From Hemiscyllium ocellatum (taxonomy: Eukaryota), in contig NC_083446.1 in NCBI RefSeq assembly GCF_020745735.1, positions 4,154,001-4,218,000 of the forward strand: a DNA stretch of 64,000 bases. Reading direction: 5' to 3'. Both the position numbers and the translations under genes were made by a program. Shown here one piece after another: positions 23,205 through 35,896 of this stretch (the stretch's first letter is position 1; each line of letters begins with the position of its first letter). The notes beneath the pieces were generated by a model. The model was not told the origin of the DNA. It did no database searches and worked only from the letters and a program-made list of their open reading frames with translations.

Positions 23205-23512
23205 ACATGCATGTTCATCTGCCAATATTTATTCTATACATTAATCATCTCCACAGCAATAAATATACATTCAATTGCAAACAAATGTCTTAACATTTGA
23301 GTGTAACCATTTAAAGTTCAGTTGCTAACAACTCCCTTCCTGGCCTCAGTCTCACAAGGGGGAGGGAGCTGGCAGCCAGACAGGGGGAAAAAAAATCATA
23401 AAGTGCATCAGATCATAAAAATGCTCAACAGGGTTAAGTAATAGAAACACCAGTGCTGGCATGTGTCAAAGCTAAAAGGGTCCAGCTGTAGGCAGGCACA
23501 CCGGTCACCACT
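23205..23512 (-). terminator. SPDYC: SPDYC 3'UTR and polyadenylation signal (AATAAA at 23233-23228)
   Basis: AATAAA about 280 nt after the stop, followed by GU-rich sequence. CPE-like TTTTTAT at 23421-23415. Confidence 0.65.
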
Positions 23513-23574
23513 CTACATGCACCAGCTGTAATCTTGTCCATCAGGTGTGGTACTGACCAAAGCTTCCTGTAGGA
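23513..23574 (-). CDS. SPDYC: Speedy/RINGO terminal coding exon (VLQEALVSTTPDGQDYSWCM*)
   Basis: tttctgttag acceptor whose phase fits the donor at 30607. The peptide resembles the Xenopus RINGO/Speedy C-terminus as I recall it (ILQEPLVGLEPDG...W). Followed by a 3'UTR with AATAAA. Confidence 0.8.
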
Positions 23575-24059
23575 CTAACAGAAACAAGTCAATGTAACAC
23601 AACATTGTGCTTTGTGGCCCCACTCCAAAATAGAGGCTGTGATGGCCAATTTCCTCTGATTTTAAATCAAGATCAGCAAGCACACCCAAAGCCTTATCTT
23701 GAGGAAGCATATAAAGAGCTCTGACATAAAACACTGGGTACCATACAATTCAACTGAAAACCAGGCAGATCATTTAGAAATTAAGATCTCTGCATTTCAA
23801 AAACAAATCCAAGAACCCTGGTGTGGAGGCAGGATATTTGGCCCATTGGGTCCATACGGACCCTCTGAAGTGCATTCCACCCAGACACTCACCTGTTCTA
23901 ACCCTGTAGCCTTCCATTTCCACCCAGCCTGCACATCTTTGGGCTGTGGGAGGAAATAAGAGCACTTGGAGGAAACCCAGACAGAAACGTGCAAACTGTA
24001 CAGTCACCCAAGGATGGGATGAAACTGTCCTGAGCTGTGAAACAGTAGTGCTAGCCCTT

Positions 24060-24690
24060 TAAATTCTTCCTATGCATATACCCATCCAGATGCCTGTTAA
24101 ATGGCATCATTGTAACAGCCTCCATCACTTCCTCTGGCAGCTCATCCATACACACATCACCCTCTGCATGGAAGAGTTGCCCCATAGGTCCCTTTGTCTT
24201 TCCTCTTTCACCTTAATCCTATTCCCTCTAGTTTTGGACTCCCCCAACCCAGGGAAAAGACCTTGTCTATCTACCCCAACATTGCTGCCGCAAGATTTTA
24301 ATCTTTAAGGTCACCCCTCGGCCTCCGATGCTCCAGGGAAAACAGCCCCAGCCTGTTCAGCCTCTCCCCATAGCTCAAACCCTCCAACCCTGGCAACATC
24401 CTTGTAAATCTTTTCTGAACCCTTTCAAGTTTCACAACATCTTTCCAATAGGAAGGAGACTAGAATTACACACAATATTCCAACAGGGGCCTAACCAGTG
24501 TCCTGCACAGCTGCAACATGACCTCCCAACTCCTGTACTCAGTACTGACCAATAAAGGAAAGCATACCAAACACCTTCTTCACTATCCTATCTACCTGCG
24601 ACTCCACTTTCAAGGAGCTATGAACCTGCACTCCAAGGTCTCTTTGCTCAGCAACACTCCCCAGGACCTTACCATTAAGTGTACAAGCCT
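24060..24690 (-). mobile_element. CR1 LINE 3' fragment
   Basis: Homologous to 63270-64000. Confidence 0.85.
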
Positions 24691-26699
24691 TGCTAAGAAC
24701 ACTAAACATTGCAAAGTATAATTGTAAGATCAGTAACAGTCACCTCTATTCCCTGTGACATTTAAAAAGGTCATATCAGGATGATTGTTCTACAATAGCA
24801 TATATAATTGCCAAAAGCCTTTTGATGGTTAAGAGTAAAACAAAAATCTAAAAGTACTGATAACCAAAAAGCAGTATGAGGCAATCCAATTCTAGTACCA
24901 ACATTCAAAGTGAATATATAAAGCCTTACAAGGCAGATGTGAGGAAAAATGCCAGAACAAAATCATGTTGCAGGGATCTGACCACAGGAAATAATGAGGG
25001 AACAGCAAACATTCTGGAGGTCAACAATTGGACTGGCGAGAGAGATAGTCAAGGGAGAAGAGGCACTGTGTTTGAAAAGGATGGAGGAGGGGCAGCTGAC
25101 TAAGGAAAACCAAAAAGGAGAAAGTGAGGACTGCAGATGCTGGAGATTAGAGTCAAGAGTGGGGTGCTGAAAAAGCACAGCAGGTCAGGCAGCATCCGAA
25201 GGGTGGGAGAATTGACATTTTGGGAATGAGTCCATCGGGAATGAGGCTTGTGGGCTGGGGGGGGGGGGCGGAAATGGAGAGATCAATAGGGGTGGGAGGA
25301 AAGTGGCTGAGTGCAATAGGTAGAGAGTTGGGGGTAATGGTGATAGGACAGACAGGGGAGTGGAGCATATAAGCGAGAAGGAAGATTGACAAGTATGACA
25401 ATTTGAGACAGCACAGCCAAGCTGAAAGGTTGGGACTGGGATAAGGTTTTTTGTAGCGGGGTCTGTCTGTCTGTAAGTGAGGAAGCAGGTGAAGGCCTTA
25501 CTGATGCCATGTGGGTGGAGGCCCACACAGGCCCAGGACCTGCAAGACCTTGGGAGGATGAGTTGAAGTGTTTGGCCACAGGGCAGTGGGGTTGGAAAAC
25601 CAAGGTGCAATCAATTAGTGAAGCTTTAGCTAACAGGGATTAACAGTTAGTGGACTGGGGTGATCTTATTGCTGGATTGGTAACCCAAGATAATAATTAC
25701 AAAGCTGGAAATCTGAAACATCCAGAAGGTGCTGGAGAGACTCCAGTTTCACAGCATCTTTGAGAGAGAAGCAGAGGTAACTGTGAGTCCAGCAACCCTT
25801 CACTAGAACTCCATTCTGACAAGGGTTACAGACCCAGATGTTAACCCCCTTGCTTCGCTCTATGAATGCTACCAGACCTACTGAGTTCCTCCAGCACTTC
25901 CTAGTTGTATTTTAATTATCCAGAGACTCAGGTAATGCTCTGAGACCACGTTTGAACCCCACCATGGCAGATGAAGGAATGTGTTTTACATTTTAAAAAA
26001 GATCACAATGGAAAAGATCCACTGACAACAATGGAACCATCAAAAAAAAGTTCGTTAAAATGTCCTTCAGGGCAGGGAATCTACCACCCTTACTCAGTCT
26101 GGCCTACATATACCTCCAGACTCCCAAATATGATCGACTCTTAACTTCAGGCTTTTTGAAATGATTTGTTTTAACCAATATCCCAACAGACCATGTGCCT
26201 AAAAACTATAAACATCCCTGCCAAACCTGAAAAGTCCCAGTTAACATCTGGGGGCTAGTGCCAAAGCTGGCAGGACCATCTCAGTAGTTAAGCTATAGCA
26301 GGACATGTGACAGCAAGTTCAATTCCACGAGCATGTTCCAGGCAACATCCTCTGGTTATGTCCTGGCCCAATGGAAGGATCAGTCTAGCAGAGCTGGCAG
26401 CACAGAACCGTACATACAGTTAGGAAGGAATTCTCAACATTGATCTTACTGAAATATTTCACAGCAGGACAAACATGGACATGGGAAAATCCACACCGAG
26501 GATACCCTCCATCAGGCTGCTTGGTGCTATCATTCAGAATGGGATACATTTCAAACAGATCAAGCGACTTGACTGGGCAACAGATCTGCGTATCCCTCCC
26601 ACTCTACAGTTACCATCAAGCAAGAGATCAAATCTGGTTCAAAAGAAGAGTGCAGAGGGCATGCCAGGAGTCACTAGATATACTGAAAAATGCGGTGTC

Positions 26700-28818
26700 A
26701 ACCTGCGAGACGTTTCAGGCAAAAGCCTCATGCCCGAAGGGCCTATCAGCTAAAGTGGGTAGGGAGATAAATGGAAGGGTGAGGCGAGGGAGGAGGGAGC
26801 TGGAACTACAATAGGCAGTTGGAGATGGGGGTGAAGACGCTGGAGCAGATCAGTGGGAAGGAAGATGGACAGAAAAAGGACAGGACACGAGAGCTGTACC
26901 AACTTGGAAGGTTGGATCTGGGAGAAGATGGGGGAAAAGGGGAAACTGGTGATATCCACATTGATGCCCTGGGGTTGGAGGGTCCCAAAGCTGAAGATCA
27001 GGTGTTCTCCCTCCAGGGATCAGGGGGCTAGGATTTGGTGAGAGAGAAGGCCCAGTCCCTTCACACCCTAGGCAGAGTGGGAGAGGGAGTTTAAAAAAAA
27101 AGTGTTCAGCCATAGGGCAGCAGGGGTGCTTTGTGCATGTCTTAGAGAGGTTCTTTGACACATTCTGCAAGTAGGCGTCCTGTCTCCCCAGTGTAAAGGT
27201 GACGGCATCAGGAGCAACAGATATAGTAAGTGACCTGTGTGGAAGTGTCAGTAAATCACTGATGGATACGGAAGGCTCCTTTGGGTCCCTGGACAGAGGT
27301 GAGGGAGCAGGTTTCAATTCTGGTAGTGGCAGGGGAAGGTGTTGAAGGGGAGGATGGATTGGTGGGGGTCTTGGACCTAGAGTGTTATGGACTAGGCCAG
27401 ACCACTCAGAATATTAAGCAGGCAGCCCCAGACCATAGCTTTGCAATTTGTTTTGGTAAGTGTACAGTGAAAATTACCTGGAGTGAGAGCTAGGTTGACT
27501 ACTAGATATTACAAAAAATTATTCACAAAATTACACAATGAAACAAAGAACAGAATAAAGAACCAATGGAAGTCAATGTACCCAAACTAGACTCAATTAT
27601 GCTGTCCCGAACATACAGTCCCAATAGGCAAACTCCCTTTAATACCAGGATTAATGGGACACATGCTCACAGGTTGAAGTTGAAGGGCAGAAAAAAAAGT
27701 TTCCACACAGCTCCCTGTTGAAGTTCCCAGTTTAAGACCCATGTAAAACTGCTCAGCCCAGAGAGTGGACCACTTCCCTTCCATTATACAGGTCACTACT
27801 AAAACATGACCACTTTGGCCTGAAGTCTCACCCGTTTACATATAACCAAAAGGCCTCAATCTTTTTCATCCGTCCCAAGCCAAACTGGTCTGAGCCTGGC
27901 CCAGTTAAGTTTCCCTCTGGGGAAAAAAAAAACCAAGGACAAAGTCACCTGGAGCTAAGGAACAGCTTTTTGAAAAACAAGGGACTAGCTTTGTGACAAG
28001 AGTTGTGGAGCGAATGGTCTTTACAGACTAGAGATAGGGGTGGGAAAGGAAATATATTCTTTATGGAATGCAGATCATTCCCTCCACAATTCTTGTCAGA
28101 TCCATGCCCTCCATCATCCCTCCCACTGCGAGAAATGCAAAGTCAGCACCCACACCTACGTCCAAGGCCACAAAGGAGCATTCCACATCCATTAGCTATT
28201 TACCTGCATTTCCACACGTAACTTACTGTAACCATTGCTCGCGAAGCAGTCTCTACATTGGAGACAGGACACCTACTTGCAGAATGCTTCAGAGAACATC
28301 TTCAGGACATGTATGAAACAACCCCACCGCCTTGTGGCCAAACTCCAACTCCCCTCCCACTATCCCAAGGATTTGCAGGTGCTAGGCCTCCTCCATTGCC
28401 AAACCTTAATCACCTGACACCTGCAGGAAAAAACCATCTTATTTTCTGCCTTGGGACCTTCATACCACTCGAGATTAGTGTGGATTTCACCAGTTTCCTC
28501 ATTTCCTTTCACCCAACCTTATCCCAGATCCAACCTTCCAACTCAGCACCACCCTCATGACCTGCCCATCTTCCTTCCCACCTACTTGCTCAACCCTTAC
28601 CTCCACCTTCATCCACCTATTACATGCTCAGCTACCATCCCCTAGCCCCACCCTCTCCGTTATCTCTCTACCGCTTGGCTCAAGCCTCATTCCTAATGAA
28701 GTGCTTCTGCCTGAAACGTCGATTCTCCTGCTCCTCGGATGCTGCCTGACCTGCTGTACTTTTCCAGCAACACACTCTTCGACTCGGATCTCCAGCATCT
28801 GCAGTCCTCACTTTCTCC
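26700..28818. mobile_element. Degenerate Neptune-type Penelope-like element with an inverted 5' part, interrupted by a solo LTR
   Basis: 26700-27380 is the reverse complement of GIY-YIG/pLTR sequence that occurs in sense at 28100-28818, which ends in the hammerhead-bearing pLTR and tail. Confidence 0.7.
27383..27998 (-). mobile_element. Solo LTR (616 bp)
   Basis: TGTTA...TGACA termini and 4-bp TSD AGAG (27379-27382 and 27999-28002). The host element resumes afterwards. Orientation is inferred. Confidence 0.8.
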
Positions 28819-29327
28819 TAGACCAAAAATTGAGTCATGGCATTCTGGAGGAAAACCCTTTGGATCAGTCTCAAAGCACAAGGTAGATTTTAGCCCCAAC
28901 TTGGAAGGGTGTTACTGGGACTGGAGTTGGAAAGAGGTGGAGTAAGCTGGGACATTTTTCACTAGAGGGGTTTAAGGAGTTAAAAGGAGTGATGTCAAGA
29001 GGTTATAAAATCGTGAGAAGCATTGATAAGATGCAAAGCAAAAAAGCTCTTCACTACAGTAGGGGACTTCAAAACTACAGGGCATTGTCTTTCGTTTTCT
29101 GCTTAAGCCTAAGGATCCTAAGGGGTAACTTTTTCCCCGGAGTGGTTTGCATATGGAATGAACTGCCAGAGGAAGTGGTTGATGCAGGTAAAGTTACAAC
29201 ATTTGAGATATTTGGACTGGTACATCGATAGGAGCAGTTTAGAAGGCTGCGGGCCAGGTGCAGGCAGGAGGGACTGGTTTGGTTTCAAAACCTGGTCAAC
29301 ACAGAAGTTGGACTGAAGGATCTGTTT

Positions 29328-29543
29328 GAGCTGAAAATGTGTTGCTGGAAAAGCGCAGCAGGTCAGGCAGCATCCAAAGAGCAGGGGAATCGACGTTTCG
29401 GGCATGAGCCCTTCGTCAGGAATGAAGGAGGGCTTATGCCCAAAACATTGATTCCCTGCTCTTTGGATGCTGCCTGACCTGCTGCGCTTTTCCAGCAACG
29501 TTTTCAGCTCTGATCTCCAGCATCTGCAGTCCTCACTTTCTCC
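29328..29543 (+). mobile_element. Palindromic mini Penelope-like insertion nested in a CR1 3' end
   Basis: Perfect TSD CTGAAGGATCTGTTT (29313-29327 and 29544-29558) and a 33-nt tail at 29511-29543. Confidence 0.85.
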
Positions 29544-30607
29544 CTGAAGGATCTGTTTGACATATATGCAGGTGTTCCTTATGGGCATGTCCTGGGCTCA
29601 ACCATCTTCAGCTGCTTCAATGGCTTTTCCACCATAAGAGAGCCAAAAGTGGGGACGGTCAGTGATGGCTATAAAGTGTTCAGCACCATTTTTGACTCCT
29701 CATACTGAAACAGTCCATATCCACATGCAGCGAGACACTGACATATCCAGCCTTGGATTGGCAAGTACTTAGATTGCCATATGAGAGGCAGACAAGAGAA
29801 TCTAATCAAACACTTGACATTCAAAAGGTATTACCATTGCTCAATCCCACTGACAATATGCTGGGGATTACCATTGAAGGGATGAGGAACTTGACCAGTT
29901 AACTAATCTCCTGACCCTAGAAGGTCAGTCCACTATTTACAAGGTATAAGCTAAAAATTGTGATGGAATATTCCCTACTTCCCTGGATACAAAGCTTGAC
30001 GCCATTCATAAAATAGAACACTCGATTAGCACCACATTCATCCACCCACCACTGAAGCATGGTAGCAGTAAATGTCCTTGAAAAGGTGCAAAGCTGCAGA
30101 AAAAACCCACCAATATTCCTTAGATCAGCGATTTCCAAACCCACAACCTCTACCACCTAGAAGGACAAGAGCAGCACATACACGTGAACACCACCCCCTG
30201 CCATCTCAGACTCTCCAACCCGAGAAAACATCCAGGCATGTTTCTTTAAGGTTGCAGGAACAAAATCCTGGAACTTCATCCCTAACAGCATTGTCTGTTC
30301 CTGCACCAGATCAACGCAGGGGTTCATCACCACCTTAAAGGCAATAGCAATGGCCCAGCTATCAAAGCAGAGATTCCATGAATGATTGGTCACTAAGTTG
30401 AGGTCCAGATTTGGTGTCTCACCAGATATATTTTAACTGCACATGCTATGTTGCTCCATGGGCTGAGTAATCTCATTCCCTTAAATGAAAAGCTTCCTGA
30501 CATGAGTGATCAATCTTATCCACATATGCATCATTCAGCTAGTGTCTTGGTTACAGACATCCCCTTTAAAAAACACAAGCCAACCCCAAGGCTGAGTGAG
30601 GCCATAC

Positions 30608-30890
30608 CTTCTATTCCATGGTCTATCAGGACAGCTGGTGACAATATCAATAGATCTTGGGGCCAGTCACCATCCAACAAGACAGTGTCCTCTGGGGAAG
30701 AAGATGAAGAATCCGAATCAAGGTCCAAGTAGCACCGGTAGCGACTGCAGAGTGTGCAGAATGGTGGTGTCCCACTGGGCCCCTGGGGGTAAGGTACTGT
30801 TTCTTTCTGCAGGTAGCTTCTGATTGCACCACTGTGATGAACTGGGCGGTCTCTGTGCCAAATATAATGGCAAGGGATAGTGGCAATCAC
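30608..30890 (-). CDS. SPDYC: Speedy/RINGO coding exon 5 (VIATIPCHYIWHRDRPVHHSGAIRSY...DHGIE)
   Basis: The HYIW.R.R.VHHSGA.R.Y..P.GP..TP..C.LC motif of Speedy proteins. gctgaag acceptor and GAAG|gtatgg donor; 283 bp. Confidence 0.9.
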
Positions 30891-31685
30891 CTTCAGCAAA
30901 GAAACCAGAGGCACAAACATCTCATTGGGTGAAGAAAATGACAGACAGTATACAAAGCGCCAGAAATGGAAGTGAGCAATATTTCAACATTTGTATAACC
31001 ACTGTGGCCCCTGCTTAATACCCTCTGTGCATTGGACATGGACTCCCGGCTCAGCCAAGCAGTGAGTGCAGACCCACCTCCCAATAATTCTGAGAGGCAA
31101 TGGGCTGCAACACCAAGCCCTTAGTATGAATCCCTGAAGGGCAACAGGATCTTTTGCAGCCTGCTCACCCAAGCAGCCAGTGTATGATTCATGAAGCTAT
31201 AGAAACCCTTCAATGTGGAAGCAGGCCATTCAGCCCAGAGTCCACACTGACCCCCCCGAACAGCATCCACCCAGACCCAATCACATCCCTCCCCTGCATT
31301 TCCCATGGCTAACCCACCCAGCCTGGACACTGGGCAATTTATTGTGACTAATCCACCTCATCTGCACTGTTTGGACAGTGGGAGGAAAGCAGAGGACCTG
31401 GAGGAAACCCACACTGACATGGGGAGAATGTGCAAACTCCTGTTTCCCCAAGGCTGGAATCAAACCCAGCTCCCTGGTGCTGGAAGGCAGCTGCACTAAC
31501 CACAGAGCAACCTGGCTCACTTTAAACAGTGAATGTCAGCTTTCAGTCTGCTAGCCCACAATTTGGACAGCAGCGAAGACTGGGCTGAGCTCTAAAGTGA
31601 CCCACTGACCCAGGGCTATCAGCAAAAAGCACAGGAAAGCATCAATGTTACCCTGAAGTTACAAACACCAAGTCCAGCATATCAC

Positions 31686-31857
31686 CTCCTCACAGCATCG
31701 CCGGCTGACTGCCGCCTTGTAATCCATTTGAGCCCACAGGTCCAGCCGCAATTTGAGGAATTTCGGCACAAGCTTCCTCCAGTTGTCACCCAATGCCCAT
31801 GGAAATATCTCATACTTGTATTGTTCCTCATCTTCCTCCATGTCATTTGCCAGGTAC
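31686..31857 (-). CDS. SPDYC: Speedy/RINGO coding exon 4 ([57 protein letters not shown])
   Basis: Core Speedy/RINGO box. cctgcag acceptor and gtgata donor; 172 bp. Confidence 0.96.
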
Positions 31858-32339
31858 CTGCAGGAGCAATTACAAAGACCTGCTAGTAAACCCTGTTAAT
31901 AATTGTCAGGCTGCTTGTGAAAATAAACAAATTCTTAATCACAATTAAGGCGCAGCCATTTTGCCTATTCCATGAGTGGGTGGGGTCAAACTCCTACAGA
32001 AGTAGGATTTCTTCAGTAGCAGTTACTGCTGGGGTCTTGAAGTTGGATGTGGGCTTGGTTTTTCTTGTTATAGAAAGAAGCAGGGGGTTCTCTTCCTGCT
32101 GTATACGGGTAGGACTCAACAAGAGATCACCTTGATGGATTGTGCTGTAGGACCCCCCCCCCCCCCCACCAATAAACAGGGAATGGAGGAGCAAATATAG
32201 CAGAGAGATCATAGACATTTGCAAGAACATTAGGGCATTTGAACTTTCCAAACAGAGTGGGATGGCCAGTGTTTCGGGGTTGGGTGGGGAAGAATTTGTT
32301 AAAATGTGTTCAATAGAAAAACAAACATGTAGATACACT

Positions 32340-33582
32340 GTTGTGGTTCTGTTTGCCGAGCTGGAAGTTTTTGCTGCAAACGTTTCGTTCCCTGGCTAGG
32401 AGACAGTGCTATTGGAGCCTCCTGCGAAGCGCTGCTTTGATGTTTCTTCCGGTATTTATAGTGGTTTGTTCTTGCCGCTTCTGGGTGTCAGTTTCAGCTG
32501 TAGTAGTTTGTACGTGGGGTCCAGGTCGATGTGTCTGTTAATGGAGTTTGTGGATGAATGCCATGCCTCTAGGAATTCCCTGGCTGTTCTGTCTGGCTTG
32601 TCCTATGATGGTAGTGTTTTCCCAGTCAAATTCATGTCCATTCCTAGACGTGTTAGTAGAGAGAACACCCAACGGAGAATTCACCACAAGGGTACACAGG
32701 AAACCAACACACACAGACCAAGTCCTAAACTATGAAAGTAACTGCCCCAACACACACAAACGAAGCTGCATCAGGACACTATTCAAAAGAAGCACAACAC
32801 GCTGCAGTACACCAGAACTGCGAAAAGAGGAAGAGGAACACCTATACAAGGTATTCGCCAAAAACGGATACCCACGCAACTTTATCACCAGATGCCTAAG
32901 AGATAGACCACGGAACGAGGACATGCCACAACCAAAAGGACTAGCCACACTACCATACGTCAGGAGCGTCTCAGAACTGACAGCCAGACTACTGCGACCC
33001 TTAGGACTCATAACAGCACACAAGCCAACTTCCACACTCAGACAACAACTCACTAGAACAAAGGACCCAATAGCCAGCACGAGCCAAGCTAACGTAGTTT
33101 ACAAAATACCATGCAAGGACTGCACAAAACACTATATAGGACAAACAGGAAGACAGCTAACAATCCGCATCCATGAACATCAGCTAGCCACAAAACGACA
33201 CGACCAGCTATCCCTAGTAGCCATACACTCAGACAACCAGCAACATGAATTTGACTGGGAAAACACTACCATCATAGGACAAGCCAGACAGAGAACAGCC
33301 AGGGAATTCCTAGAGGCATGGCATTCATCCACAAACTCCATTAACAGACACATGGACCTAGACCCCATATACAAACCACTACAGCTGAAACTGACACCCG
33401 GAAGCGGCAAGAACAAACCACTATAAATACCAGAAGAAACATCAAAGCAGCGCTTCACAGGAGGGTCCAATAGCACTGATGTTCCCTAGCCAGGGAACGA
33501 AACGTTTGCAGCAAAAACTTCCAGCTCGGCGAACAGAACCACAACAACGGACACCCGAGCTACAAATCTTCAACCAGACTTT
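32340..33582 (+). mobile_element. 5'-truncated Penelope/Poseidon-type element: inverted pLTR, RT thumb plus GIY-YIG endonuclease ORF, and pLTR
   Basis: Open frame PFLDVLV...VHRKPTHTDQVLNYESNCP...VVYKIPCKDCTKHYIGQTGRQLTIRIHEH (~32640-33426). 32340-32640 mirrors 33245-33546. 13-bp TSD ATGTAGATACACT. Confidence 0.93.
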
Positions 33583-34243
33583 ATGTAGATACACTTACTA
33601 ATGGAAGGAACAAAACTGGATCGGCTCTTAAGAAATAAGGCAGGGCAAGTGACTGAAGTGGAGGAGCACTTTGGGGCCAGCGATCATTATTCTAAAAGCT
33701 TCAAAAGAGTTGTGGAATAGGTTAGGTCTTGTATAAAAGTGAAAGTTTAACTGGAGTAAAGCAAATGGACAGTATGAGGGGAACTTGCAAAAAATTGACT
33801 TGAGTCGACTGTTCTCAGGTGAAGGGACCACTGGCAAGTGAGAAGCTTTCCGAAGAGACAAATGTTGAGGCATTATATTCTTTTAAGAGTGAATCCCACA
33901 CAAAGGATGGTGTGTATGAGGAATGATCTGCCAGAAGTGGTAGGTGCAGGTATAGTTACACCATTTAAAAAGACATTTGGACAAATGTGAATAGGAAAGA
34001 TTTGGAAGGATATGGGCCAACTGCAAGCAAGTGGGAGCAGTTTAGTTTCAGAAACCTGGTCAGCATGGACAAGTCGGACTAAAGAGGTCTGTTTCTGTAC
34101 TGTATGATGCTATAAAAGCAAGACTTGGAGTCACAACTGCCTTCCAGGTGCAAAGATAAAAATAGATTCTGAGCAGACAATAAGCACCCGACCCAACCCT
34201 ACAGGAGGAGGCTGCCTGCCACAATTAAGAGGCATGTACTTAC

Positions 34244-34329
34244 AGCGCCAAGAAGAAGTTCATTCTGGAGTACTGACTGATGTGAAGCTCTGCACGTTTG
34301 AAGTAAGTCAGCACCATGGCCAGTAAATA
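34244..34329 (-). CDS. SPDYC: Speedy/RINGO coding exon 3 (YLLAMVLTYFKRAELHISQYSRMNFFLAL)
   Basis: Speedy box YL.AM...YFKRA...NFF.AL. tttttcag acceptor and gtaagt donor; 86 bp. Confidence 0.96.
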
Positions 34330-35896
34330 CTGAAAAAGAGCAGTTGGGGTTCAGATACAAGTAGTAAATGAGACTTGTTGGCTCTGTGAAATAAAGATGT
34401 ATCACAGCATCCTAGATTAGCAAAGCTAGTTCAGCAGTCTGGATACCACAACTAACCCTGGTGTGATCCCACTCCCGTTCACTGCACTGTTTCATTCACT
34501 GATTCTTGCTCAAAACAGGAACAAGTTTGGTTCAGAGTCTCAGTCCTAGAACCTACTCCTGAACCAAAGAGGAGTCAGTGTAGTGCAAAACTAGTAAACA
34601 CTCATGTTGCAGGGGCAGATTGTGCCCGTTTCACAATGTTTTGAACCAGTTCCTCTTGACCTTTCAACGTTATGCTAATCAAGATATAATCTTGAAAGTA
34701 AACTCAGCTCACCACTCAATTAGCACTGTGCAACATTTGGTATACAGTATGTCACATCATTGAGCTACATTGACTGTCTCAACTGTATGGTCAGTGCCTT
34801 CCAACAATTTATTATAAGACAGGGAAAATTGTGCATATGACCACTGAAGTCATGTTCAGTTTGCAGAATGTGGAATGACTGGTTGAGTGAGATTGCTGCC
34901 AGTACGCAGGTAAATTGCCTAATGGGAGTTAATTTCTGCAGATGCTGAAATCTGAACTAAAACAGTAAAAAATGCTGGAGATCAGCCGGTCAGGCAGTAT
35001 CTATGGACAGAGCAGGCTAACGTTTTGAGGCACGACTCATCAGGTCTCTCCAAAAGATGCTGCCTGACCCACTGCGATTTCCAGCTTTTTTTTGCTTTAG
35101 TATAGATTGCATAATTCAATTAATTGCACAGGTAGATGCCATTCAAGAATCTAAATCATGACTGGAAGGCAGCCAAGGATATATGGACCAACTGGGATCA
35201 GAGTGACATCCAAAGGTGGAGGTGAGTGAATATCTACAGAATGCTACCAGCAGGCTGTTGTCACCCAGACCACATTAAATGGCACCACTTTCATCAACAC
35301 CTGCATCTCTGAAGTGCCAGTACATTTGGCACTTTGAACACGAGTACAGATCGCTGAAAATTTAATACATTGAGCCTTGGGACTTAGTGTTCAGATTTTA
35401 TCTGACCAAGTTCAAACCACAACTGCAAAACCTGAAAATAATTCTAACATGGTGTTTGGTTTGGAACTATAAACTTGAGTGGGGTGAACAATAAATGCCA
35501 TTAGACAGTGCTCAAATGTCTGCAGGGCACACTGAATCCATATAGCATGGAAGCCTTTCAGCCCATCAAGTCCACATCAACCCTCGAAAGAGCATTCCAC
35601 CTAGACCCAGCCCCCTACCCTAGCTCAGCATTTCCTATGGCTAATCTAGCCTGCACATCTCCGAACACTATAGGGCAATTAAGCATGGCCAATCTACCCT
35701 AACCTGCACAACTATTGACTGTGGGAGGAAACCTAAGCACCCAGAGGAAACTCACGCAGATACAAGGAGTGTGTGCAACCTTCAGTCGCCCAAGGCTGGA
35801 ATGGTGTTAGTTTCAAGACTGCCAGTAAATTAGAACTACTCATTTCATGTCTCGAGCCCAGTATCTCAACTGCACGTGGCTGCCACTCCCCAGTAC

